Origin: an uncultured delta proteobacterium
GTDB lineage: Bacteria > Myxococcota > Myxococcia > SLRQ01
Length of the DNA: 64,000 bases
Reading direction: 5' to 3'
Assembly: GCA_963727485.1 (NCBI GenBank)
Contig: CAVSGM010000002.1
Location: forward strand, 192,001-256,000
Part shown: positions 51,530-59,333 of the stretch, piece by piece
Numbering within the stretch: position 1 is the first letter of the stretch
Layout of the letters: each line of letters starts with the position of its first letter
The notes under the pieces: generated by a model
Told to the model about the DNA's origin: nothing
Seen by the model: only the letters and a program-made list of their open reading frames with translations
The model's database searches: none
Made by a program: the position numbers and the translations under genes

Positions 51530-51562
51530 AAGACAAAGGCCCCCGTCGCTGACGAGGGCCTC
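51530..51562 (-). terminator. Intrinsic terminator after the peptide gene
   Basis: Minus strand AGGCCCTCGTC-AGC-GACGGGGGCCT followed by TTGTCTT. Confidence 0.75.
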
Positions 51563-51588
51563 TCGAATCTCAGAACGGTGACCGCGGG

Positions 51589-51657
51589 TTAGAAGCCGGC
51601 GAGGGCGTCGCAGGGGATGCGCTTCCGATTCCGCTTGTTGAGGGGCTTCTTGACCAT
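51589..51657 (-). CDS. Putative RiPP precursor peptide, 22 aa: MVKKPLNKRNRKRIPCDALAGF
   Basis: ATG..TAA with AAAGGAAGG RBS 6 nt upstream, GC3-rich codons, a downstream terminator, and position directly after the radical SAM gene; below the ORF-track cutoff. Confidence 0.8.
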   Translation of the reverse strand: MVKKPLNKRNRKRIPCDALAGF

Positions 51658-51778
51658 GGCGAACCTTCCTTTCGGGAAGTGGGGGGACTTCGTTGGGGGG
51701 GACTTCAGGGGGCAGAGGTCGGGCTTGCAGGTCCCCACACGTGGGGAGCCTCCCGGCCCCGGCGTCGGACAAAGGCGG

Positions 51779-53107
51779 CTAGGCCGCCACTTCCTCCGAG
51801 GGCATCCGGCCCTCGTAGAACTCGTCGAGGTAGCGCCGCTTCAGGGTCTCGCGGCCCACCGTGTCGAAGTAGTCGTGCTCACAGCTCACGCCGAGGGTGC
51901 CGTTGCGGCGGTAGGTCGTCGCCCGGCAACCGCCGGCGCACACGGGCAGGTACTCGCACTGGCCGCAGTCCTTCACCGGGTCGAGGCTCTCGAGGAGCTC
52001 GACGCGGGGCAGCCAGCGGTCGTCGGTGATCCGGCCGACGGCCATCTTCGGATCGCCCACCAGGACGTCGCACTTGTAGAGGTAGCCGCCGGCGTCGACG
52101 AGCAGGTACTGGTCCATGTGGAGGCCACAGGGGCCGAGGCCGAACTCGGGCTCGGGGCTGAGGCCCGAGCTCACCGCCTTCATCTGGAGGTGGACCAGGC
52201 CGTCGGGGTCGGCGTCGGAGATGCGGGTGGCGCAGTCGCCGTCGCCGCGTCCGTCGAGGACCGGCTTGAACTTCAGCTCGCTGATGGCGTCGGCGAGCCC
52301 CTCGCGGCGCAGCACGTCGGCGAGCTCGCCGTACGCGTGCTCGAGGCCCGCGGGCACGTTGCTGCCGATGTGGATGCGCACCCGCCCGGCGACCGCCTTG
52401 AGGTTCGCGAGGATCTGGTCCCAGGAGCCCGTCCCGTCCTTGCGAACCCGGCTCTGGTCGTGGTGGTGCTTGGGCCCGTCGAGGGTGACCTTGACCGACT
52501 CGAGCCCCAAGGGCGCCATGGCGTCGACGAAGGGCCGGTCGAGGAGGGCGCCGTTGGTGATGATCCGGCAGCTGAAGGCGCGACCGTCCTCGGCGAGCTC
52601 GCGCTGGAAACGCTCGGCGGTGCGGAGGATGAGGGGCTTCTTGAGGAGCGGCTCGCCGCCGAAGTAGGTGAGCTCCAGGGTGTGGAGGTCGTAGCGGGCC
52701 ATCCGGCGCCGGACCCAGCCGTGGAGCGCCTGCTCCACCGTCTTGCCCATCCCCGGCCCGCTGGGGCCACCCTCGGCCTCGTAGCAGTAGGGGCACCCGA
52801 AGTTGCAGTTCTCGGTGACCAGCACCCGCAGGCGCAGCACTCCGTCGCCCTGCTTCATCCCCAGCATGAAGTCGCGGAGGGCGGCGTCGTCGGCGACCTC
52901 GTCCTCGACGAGGAAGCCCTCGGCCGAAAGGTAGTCGACCTCCTCCTGCTCGAGGGCGCTCGCCGGCGGCCCGCCCGACAGGGACCCGACCCAGCCGAGG
53001 GCCCGGTCGTCGAGGCCGACCAGGTTGTCGGTCAGGGTGTTGTAGAGGACGTGCTCCCCGGGGAGTGGGAAGTCTCGGATGAGGACGTGGAACCGGGTGA
53101 GCTGCAT
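51779..53107 (-). CDS. Radical SAM/SPASM domain peptide maturase with RRE-like N-terminus
   Basis: CNFGCPYC, YFGGEPLL, ITNG, TLDG; SPASM GPC..YKC..CGQC-x5-C-x3-C..VSC; N-terminal LYNTLT..LSAEGFLV segment; GGAGA RBS before ATG 53107. Confidence 0.93.
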   Translation of the reverse strand: MQLTRFHVLIRDFPLPGEHVLYNTLTDNLVGLDDRALGWVGSLSGGPPASALEQEEVDYLSAEGFLVEDEVADDAALRDFMLGMKQGDGVLRLRVLVTENCNFGCPYCYEAEGGPSGPGMGKTVEQALHGWVRRRMARYDLHTLELTYFGGEPLLKKPLILRTAERFQRELAEDGRAFSCRIITNGALLDRPFVDAMAPLGLESVKVTLDGPKHHHDQSRVRKDGTGSWDQILANLKAVAGRVRIHIGSNVPAGLEHAYGELADVLRREGLADAISELKFKPVLDGRGDGDCATRISDADPDGLVHLQMKAVSSGLSPEPEFGLGPCGLHMDQYLLVDAGGYLYKCDVLVGDPKMAVGRITDDRWLPRVELLESLDPVKDCGQCEYLPVCAGGCRATTYRRNGTLGVSCEHDYFDTVGRETLKRRYLDEFYEGRMPSEEVAA

Positions 53108-53137
53108 GGGGTGTCTCCCTGAATCGCCCCCCGAGAG

Positions 53138-53153
53138 AGCAGGGAGCGTGCCA
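53138..53153 (-). promoter_or_regulatory. Sigma54 promoter of the radical SAM-peptide operon
   Basis: Minus strand TGGCACGCTCCCTGCT (GG-N10-GC), 30 nt upstream of the start codon. Confidence 0.8.
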
Positions 53154-53163
53154 CCCGCCAGGG

Positions 53164-53558
53164 GGCTCCAAATCGAGCCCTCCCGACTCGGCTCAGCGGT
53201 CCAAGCTGGAAATCTCAATTGATTTCAACCACCTGTCACCAAGGCTCAAAATAGAGCCCCACGTGGCTACCCTCGCCCGAAGCGACACAAGCCACCGGAA
53301 TCACTGTGAATCGCCTGGACCAGGCCCCGAATGGGGCTTATCCCGACCCCAGGGGACTCTTCCAAAAAACACCTGTGATCACAAGGCGTTGGAAAGAGGG
53401 TGGCGACCCCGCCGGGGCACGTCGCCCAGCTTCGGGAAAGGGCTCCATTTGGAGCCCTTTCGTCCCGGGGCGGGGCCAGATCACGGGGAAATACCAATAA
53501 AAACCGTGATTTGGGCGCAGCCGCTCCTAGGCGAGCCCTCAGGTCTCACCCTAGAGCC
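53164..53558. promoter_or_regulatory. Six palindromic GGCTC-N6-GAGCC-type sites
   Basis: Starts at 53164, 53243 and 53441 (perfect), 53323 (GGCCC/GGGCT), 53522 (CGCTC/GAGCC) and 53543 (GTCTC/GAGCC). Confidence 0.75.
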
Positions 53559-53563
53559 AGTGG

Positions 53564-53579
53564 TGGCACGCCGCTGGCA
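53564..53579 (+). promoter_or_regulatory. Sigma54 promoter of the divergent small protein-kinase operon
   Basis: TGGCACGCCGCTGGCA (GG-N10-GC). Confidence 0.7.
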
Positions 53580-53594
53580 AAAGAGACCAGTGCA

Positions 53595-53843
53595 ATGTCC
53601 AGGCTCGCCAAGGTCAAGGTCGTCGAGCTCGACGGGAAAAAGGTGTTCCTCCACTTCTACGAGGACGTCTCGACCCTCGGGACGCCCCGCTACTCGGTGG
53701 AGATCCGCTTCGGCCCCGAGGACCGCGTCGTCTTCGACGGCCCCAGCATCTCGGACCTCGAGGCGACCACCCAGGCCTGCCTCCCTGCCACCTGGGCCAG
53801 CCGGCGGATGCTCGCCGGCGCGGCCTACGGCGCCCCCCACTGA
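53595..53843 (+). CDS. Small hypothetical protein (82 aa)
   Basis: MSRLAKVKVVELDGKK..., strong GC3 bias starting at this ATG, TGATG coupling to the next gene. Confidence 0.75.
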   Translation: MSRLAKVKVVELDGKKVFLHFYEDVSTLGTPRYSVEIRFGPEDRVVFDGPSISDLEATTQACLPATWASRRMLAGAAYGAPH

Positions 53844-54718
53844 TGCAACCCCTCGCCTCCCAGCCGACGCCCTCGCGTCCCTACCGCGCCGATCCCATGC
53901 CCCGCGACCCCGAGCTTCACGCCGCCCGCCTCGTCGAGCTGGGCAGCCTGGTACCGGGGCTGGTGCACGAGCTCTCGAACCCGGCCGCGGTCCTCCGGGG
54001 CAACCTCGGCGCCGTCGTCGACCACGCCGACACCCTGGGCCGACTGGTCAACGGCCTCGACCAGGGGCAGGACGCCTCGGCCCTGCGCCGGGACCTCGAG
54101 CTCGATGACACCGCCATCGACCTCGCCGAGCTGGTGGGCGAGTCCGCCGGCGCCCTCGACGAGCTGGTCTCCCTCCTCGGCGACATCCGTCACTACGCCG
54201 CCGGCGCCGAGGCCGAGGCCGAGGCCGATCTCGCCTCGGCCGTCGCCGCCGCCCTGCGCCTCGCCACCTACGAGACCAAGTACCGGGCCGCCGTGAGCGT
54301 CGGCGTCGGCGACCTCCCTCGGATCGCCCTGTGCCCCGTCCACCTGGTGCAGCTGGTGCTGGCCCTCATCCTCAACGCCGCCCAGGCCCTCGCCGACCAC
54401 CGGCAGCTCCACGGCGACCTGGGCCACGTGTCCCTCTCGGCCAGGGCCGAGGGCGACGACCTCGTCGTCCTCGAGGTCCGCGACGACGGCCCCGGCGTGT
54501 CCCCCGACCTCGCCGACCGCGTCTTCGAGCCCGGGGTCACCTCGCGGCCCGGGGCCAGGGGCATGGGCCTGTACCACGCCCGGAACCTCCTCGAGCGCGC
54601 CGGTGGCGCCCTCGTCCTCCAACCGCCCCGTGGCGGGGGCGCCGTCTTCGTCGCGCGCCTGCCCGCCCTCTCCGACGACATTCACAGTGAGGCCATCGGT
54701 CCTGTCCACAAGACATAG
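53843..54718 (+). CDS. Cytoplasmic histidine kinase without a sensor domain
   Basis: LVHELSNP H-box, LILNAAQA N-box, DDGPGV, GMGL; no TM segment. Confidence 0.88.
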   Translation: MQPLASQPTPSRPYRADPMPRDPELHAARLVELGSLVPGLVHELSNPAAVLRGNLGAVVDHADTLGRLVNGLDQGQDASALRRDLELDDTAIDLAELVGESAGALDELVSLLGDIRHYAAGAEAEAEADLASAVAAALRLATYETKYRAAVSVGVGDLPRIALCPVHLVQLVLALILNAAQALADHRQLHGDLGHVSLSARAEGDDLVVLEVRDDGPGVSPDLADRVFEPGVTSRPGARGMGLYHARNLLERAGGALVLQPPRGGGAVFVARLPALSDDIHSEAIGPVHKT

Positions 54719-54756
54719 GGTCTTGTGACCATGCCCCCCCGCAGAGGTCGATGGCC

Positions 54757-54793
54757 GGGAACCCCGCCGTGAATACGGCGGGGTTCTCTTTTT
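54757..54793 (+). terminator. Intrinsic terminator
   Basis: GGGAACCCCGCCGT-GAAT-ACGGCGGGGTTCTC-TTTTT. Confidence 0.85.
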
Positions 54794-54842
54794 CCGTCCC
54801 CCGCGCCCGTCGGACGAGGGGAGCGCAAGGCGCGGCCTGCGC

Positions 54843-55232
54843 CTACGCCTCGGGCGTCTCGGTCTCCCGCTTGCGCAGCATGTACTTCACCTTGCGCATC
54901 AGCCCGTCGAGGTCGAAGGGTTTCTCGATGAAGTCCTCGGCCCCGAGCTCCAGGCCGAGCTGGCGGCTGAAGGGGTCGCCCCGGGCCGAGAGGAAGAGGA
55001 CCGGGATCGCCCGGGTCTGGTCGTCGGCCTTCAGCGCCCGGCACACGTCCCGGCCGTCCATCCGCGGCATGTTCACGTCGAGGACCACCAGGTCGGGTTG
55101 GTCGCTCTGGGCGAGGGCGAGGCCCTCGACGCCATCGGCCGCGGTGATCACCGTGAAGCCGTGGCGCTCGGCGGTGCGACGGAAGATCGTGCGCAGCTCG
55201 GCGTCGTCGTCGACGAAGAGGAGGCGAGCCAT
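54843..55232 (-). CDS. Single-domain response regulator
   Basis: LLFVDDD, VLDVNMPRMDG, LSA, FIEKPF. Confidence 0.92.
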   Translation of the reverse strand: MARLLFVDDDAELRTIFRRTAERHGFTVITAADGVEGLALAQSDQPDLVVLDVNMPRMDGRDVCRALKADDQTRAIPVLFLSARGDPFSRQLGLELGAEDFIEKPFDLDGLMRKVKYMLRKRETETPEA

Positions 55233-55304
55233 GGCGGGCATTATAGGGATCGATCGCGTCCGCGTCTCTCCATCGGTCGCGCTCCGGTGATACGCTCCCG
55301 GGCC

Positions 55305-56546
55305 ATGCACCGCCACCTCGCCTGGCTCTGCGCCGCCACCGTCGTCTTCGCCGCCTGCAGCAAGGGGAACAGCGTCGTCCCCACGCCGGCCCTCAAGGCC
55401 CAGGCCGCCTACCACCAGGGCAACGCCAAGCTCGTCGCCGGCGACTTCAAGGCGGCGCTGGTGCTCCTGCGCCGATCGGTGCGCCTCGATCCGGGGCTGG
55501 TCCAGGCGCACCAGGCCCTGGGCGAGACCTACCTCGGCCTGCTCCGGGGCCCGGAGGCCGAGGAGCAGTTCCGCCTCGCTCTCAAGATCCAGCCCAAGAA
55601 GTACCTGGCGTGGGAGGGCCTCGGCGACGCGCTCCGCCTCGAGCACCAGCTCGACAAGGCCCTCGACGCCTACGCCCACGCCGCCACCCTCGACCAGACC
55701 CTCCCCGATCCCTGGACCTCCCAGGGCGAGGTGCTCCGGGACCAGGACGCCTACGCCGACGCCGCCGCCGCCTTCGAGAAGGCCGCGGCCCGCGCCTCGG
55801 GAAAGGACGTCGCCACCCAGTGGACCAGCGCCGGCGGGGCCTGGGGCAAGGCCGGCAAGTGGGACCGCGCCGCCGCCAATCTGGCCAAGGCCGCCGCCGC
55901 GACCCCCAAGGCCGCCAGCGCCTGGGACCGCCTCGGTCAGGCCCGGGCCCACGCCGGGGACATGAAGGGCGTGGCCACCGCCTACGCCCGGGCCGTCGCC
56001 GTCTCGCCCGAGGACCCGGTCCTCTGGGAGCTCCTCGGCGCCGCCCGCCGGGCCCTCGGTGACGCCGCCGGGGCCCGCAAGGCCTACGAGCGGGCTCGAG
56101 ACCTGGCGCCGCACCGCGCCTCGGTCTGGGAGGGGCTCGGGCGCCTCGACCTCGACGCCAAGGACCTCCCCGCCGCCACCCGGGACGCCCACCGCGCCCT
56201 CGACGCCCTGGGGAGCACTGGCCCGTCCCAGGGCAAGAAGGGCGCCGCCGTCGCCGCCGAGGTCGAGGACGACAACGTGGTCGCCAACGTCGCCAATCTC
56301 CTCGCCAAGGTCGGCGACCACGACCGCGCCGCGGGCCTCTACCGGATGCTCCTCGGAGGCAAGGGCGACCACGATCCCCAGCTCTGGATCGCCCTGGCCC
56401 ACGAGGACACCGCCCTCGGCGACAAGGCGGCCGTGGCCCTCGACTGCGCGACCGCCCGGAAGGACGCCGGAACGCAGGCGCTCACCGGCCTCGAGGTCTG
56501 CCCCAAGGCGCCCAAGCCGTCGCCGGGCAAGTCCCCGGGCAAGTAG
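55305..56546 (+). CDS. TPR-repeat lipoprotein
   Basis: Lipobox FAAC followed by about 8 TPR units. Confidence 0.85.
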   Translation: MHRHLAWLCAATVVFAACSKGNSVVPTPALKAQAAYHQGNAKLVAGDFKAALVLLRRSVRLDPGLVQAHQALGETYLGLLRGPEAEEQFRLALKIQPKKYLAWEGLGDALRLEHQLDKALDAYAHAATLDQTLPDPWTSQGEVLRDQDAYADAAAAFEKAAARASGKDVATQWTSAGGAWGKAGKWDRAAANLAKAAAATPKAASAWDRLGQARAHAGDMKGVATAYARAVAVSPEDPVLWELLGAARRALGDAAGARKAYERARDLAPHRASVWEGLGRLDLDAKDLPAATRDAHRALDALGSTGPSQGKKGAAVAAEVEDDNVVANVANLLAKVGDHDRAAGLYRMLLGGKGDHDPQLWIALAHEDTALGDKAAVALDCATARKDAGTQALTGLEVCPKAPKPSPGKSPGK

Positions 56547-56555
56547 ACGCCGGAC

Positions 56556-57242
56556 CTAGTGGACCCGGCGGTAGACGCCGACCACCACGCCCAGGATCTG
56601 GGTGTCCCGGAAGTCCTGCTGGTGGACGTAGATGGGCTGCATCGCCGCGTTCGCCGGCTGGAAGCGGATGCGGTCGCCCTCGGGGAAGTAGCGCTTCACC
56701 GTGGCGTCGCCGTCGATCATGGCGACCACGATGTCGCCGGCGTCGGCGGTGAGCTGCTTCTTCACGAAGATGTAGTCGCCGTCGAGGATGCCGTCGTCGA
56801 TCATGGACTCACCGCTGACCCGGAGGCCGAAGACCTTCTTGGTGGTCCCCCCGAGGAAGAAGCTGTCCACGTGCACCGTGTCGGTGACGTTCTCCTCGGC
56901 GAGGATCGGGCTCCCGGCGGCGACCCGCCCGAGGACCGGGATCGCGACCAGGTCGCCCTCGGGGAAGATCGCCGGCACCGCCACGTCGACCGCGGTGGGG
57001 TGGGGCGCCTCGCCGAGGGCGCGCAGGGCCGGGGCGGTGAGGGCGAGAGCCCGGGACTTCTTGTCGCCACGCTCGATGTACCCCTTGCGCTCGAGGGCCT
57101 TGAGGTGGTCGTTGACGCCGTTGGTGGACCTGATGCCGAAGGCGGTGCCAATCTCGCGGATGGTCGGGGGGTAGCCGCTCCCGTTGATGCTCTGGTGGAT
57201 GAAGCCGAGGATGTCCCGCTGCCGCTGGGTGAGCTCCTGCAT
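56556..57242 (-). CDS. lexA: SOS repressor LexA
   Basis: [26 protein letters not shown], cleavage site VAAG, GESM serine, ATVKR lysine. Confidence 0.97.
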   Translation of the reverse strand: MQELTQRQRDILGFIHQSINGSGYPPTIREIGTAFGIRSTNGVNDHLKALERKGYIERGDKKSRALALTAPALRALGEAPHPTAVDVAVPAIFPEGDLVAIPVLGRVAAGSPILAEENVTDTVHVDSFFLGGTTKKVFGLRVSGESMIDDGILDGDYIFVKKQLTADAGDIVVAMIDGDATVKRYFPEGDRIRFQPANAAMQPIYVHQQDFRDTQILGVVVGVYRRVH

Positions 57243-57254
57243 GTCCGCCCTCTC

Positions 57255-57296
57255 CTGAAAACAGGTTCAGGCACAAGATACTGAACGGGCGCCCAG
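57255..57296. promoter_or_regulatory. LexA operator(s) upstream of lexA
   Basis: Palindrome CTGAA-AACAGG-TTCAG (57255-57270) plus weaker CTGAA-CGGGCG-CCCAG (57281-57296) in the spacer of a TTGACG..TATCTT promoter; resembles the Myxococcus LexA box. Confidence 0.7.
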
Positions 57297-57355
57297 CGCG
57301 TCAAGAAATCCGGCGCCGCCTTCCGCCCCGGACGCCCCTGGGGTACACAGGGCCC

Positions 57356-58435
57356 ATGCGACCGGCGACCCGCCACCTGGGCCACGGGGTCAGGGCCACT
57401 CTCCGCCACCTGCCCCTGGTGGCCCTCCAGGCCTCCGTGGACCTCACCGCGAGCCTGGCGGCCCTGCTCCCGGCGGTGGTCGCCGCGGTCCTGGTGGTGC
57501 GCCACGCCGTCACGCTGGTCTCGGCCCTGCCCCCGACCCGCAACCCCCTGGCCCTCGCCGCGGCGGAGCTGCTGGGCTACCTCCTCTCGGCGCGCTTCCT
57601 GATGCCGGTGGTGGGCCTCGCCGCGGCCGGGGCGCTGCTGGTGGCGATGATGCGGGTCCTCTATCTCACCGGCGCCCTGGGCCTCCTCGCCGGCGACCTC
57701 CGCGCGGGTGGCCGGGCGCCGGCCGGCGGCTTCATGGACGCGGTGGTCGCCCGGTTCCCGGCGGCCCTCGCCGTGGTCGCCCTCATGGGGGTCGCGGGCC
57801 TCGCGGTGGCGGGCCTGGTCGCGGGCCTGGTGGGCGCCGCCGGCGCCGTGTTCGCCGCCGGGCCCTCGGTGGCGAGCGCCGCGGGCCTCGCCCTCGCCGG
57901 GAGCCTGACGGTGGTCCTGCTCGCGATCTTCGAGGCCGTCCGGCACCTCGCCCTGGTCCGCACCGTGGCCCTCGGCGAGGGCCCGGGTGTGGCCACCTAC
58001 GAGGCCGGGGCCCTGGTCCTCCGGCGTCCCGGGACCCTCCTCGCCCTGGGGGTCCTGCTCCTTGGCGTCGAGCTGGCCGTGGCGGTGATCTTCGCCAGCG
58101 CCACCGGGATGCAGGGCCTCCTCCCCGCCGCCGCCGCGGCCACCGGATGGGCCGTCGGCGCCCGGGTCGTAGGCGAGGTCACGGCCACCGTGGCCCTCGC
58201 CGTGGTCGGCGTGGTCGCCTGGGGCGCCCTGGTGTCCCTGGCCCTCGATGACGCCGGGGCGCTCCCGCCGGACCCCGAGCCCGCGCCCCGGTCGACCCCG
58301 CCCGCACCCGCGCCGGCGGTCCCGGCGCGGCGGGTGTCCCTCGCCCGGCCCGTGTCGGAGGTGTGGCCGCCGGCGCCGGCGCCTCAGGCCGACGCCCCGG
58401 GCGACGACGCCTCAGACGACGACCCCTCGGCGTAG
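57356..58435 (+). CDS. Polytopic membrane protein of unknown function
   Basis: About 6-7 hydrophobic segments and a Pro/acidic tail. Confidence 0.7.
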   Translation: MRPATRHLGHGVRATLRHLPLVALQASVDLTASLAALLPAVVAAVLVVRHAVTLVSALPPTRNPLALAAAELLGYLLSARFLMPVVGLAAAGALLVAMMRVLYLTGALGLLAGDLRAGGRAPAGGFMDAVVARFPAALAVVALMGVAGLAVAGLVAGLVGAAGAVFAAGPSVASAAGLALAGSLTVVLLAIFEAVRHLALVRTVALGEGPGVATYEAGALVLRRPGTLLALGVLLLGVELAVAVIFASATGMQGLLPAAAAATGWAVGARVVGEVTATVALAVVGVVAWGALVSLALDDAGALPPDPEPAPRSTPPAPAPAVPARRVSLARPVSEVWPPAPAPQADAPGDDASDDDPSA

Positions 58436-59316
58436 CACCCGAGCCGGTCCCGGAAGAACTTCTCGAGGCGCAGGTTGAGCAGCTCCGGCTGCTCGATGGG
58501 CGCCGCGTGGCTCCCCTTGGGGATCACCAGCAGCTCGGCGTCGGGGATGAGGTCGGCCATCTCCTCGGAGAGCCACATGGGCGTGAAGGTGTCGAGCTCG
58601 GCGCCGACCACCAGGGTGGGCACGTCGACGTGCCCCAGGTGGTCCCGGGTGCTGTGGGCCGCGGCGTGGGAGAGGAGCCGCACGAAGACCTCCGGGTCCA
58701 TCTTCCCCAGGTGGTCGAAGTAGGGCTGCATGTCCTCCCAGCGGATGAGCGAGCGGTTCACCTCCCCGGCGAGGAAGGCGAGGAGCCAGGCCATCCGCGA
58801 GGGGAGCAGCGCCCGCCACAGCCCCACCACCGCCCCGGGGAAGCCTTCGAGGATCCGGTTGATGTAGGGCAGGCCCTCCTTGAGGGCGGCGGTGCCGTGG
58901 AAGGTGTCCAGGGGCCGGCCGTAGCTGCCGCAGACCAGCACCAGGGCGGCGACGCGCCCGGGCATGCGCCGGTGGGCCTCGAGGACCACCTGCACCCCCA
59001 CCGAGTGCCCGGCGAGGATGGCGCGCTCGCTGCCGGCGGCGTCGAGGACGGCGCCGAGGTCGCCCACCAGGTCCTCGATGGCCATGCGGTCGAGGTCCCG
59101 GGGCGTCGCCGAGCGTCCGTGGCCCCGGTAGTGCCAGCGGATCACCCGGTGCCGGTCGGCGAAGGCGGGCACCACGTACTTCCACACGAAGCCGTCGCAG
59201 CCGATGCCGTCGCAGAGCACCAGGTCCGGTGCCGTGGGGCGGTCGGGCCCGGCGATGGTGTAGTAGATCGACGTCCCGTCGGACGCCTGGCAGAACCCCT
59301 CGGTGTAGCGCTCCAT
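58384..59316 (-). CDS. Alpha/beta fold hydrolase
   Basis: HYRGHGRS, GHSVG nucleophile, LDTFTP, GSHAAPIEQP. Confidence 0.9.
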   Translation of the reverse strand: MERYTEGFCQASDGTSIYYTIAGPDRPTAPDLVLCDGIGCDGFVWKYVVPAFADRHRVIRWHYRGHGRSATPRDLDRMAIEDLVGDLGAVLDAAGSERAILAGHSVGVQVVLEAHRRMPGRVAALVLVCGSYGRPLDTFHGTAALKEGLPYINRILEGFPGAVVGLWRALLPSRMAWLLAFLAGEVNRSLIRWEDMQPYFDHLGKMDPEVFVRLLSHAAAHSTRDHLGHVDVPTLVVGAELDTFTPMWLSEEMADLIPDAELLVIPKGSHAAPIEQPELLNLRLEKFFRDRLGCYAEGSSSEASSPGASA

Positions 59317-59333
59317 GACCCCTTCCCGCGCCG

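Noticed and set aside
53164..53558. CRISPR array or integron attC sites
   Set aside because: Only 5-bp arms are conserved, the spacing is irregular overall, and there are no cas or intI genes; a transcription-factor site fits better
46744..55232. Integrative mobile island at tRNA-Val
   Set aside because: No integrase or transposase, and I found no duplicated tRNA 3' end; tRNA adjacency alone is not enough
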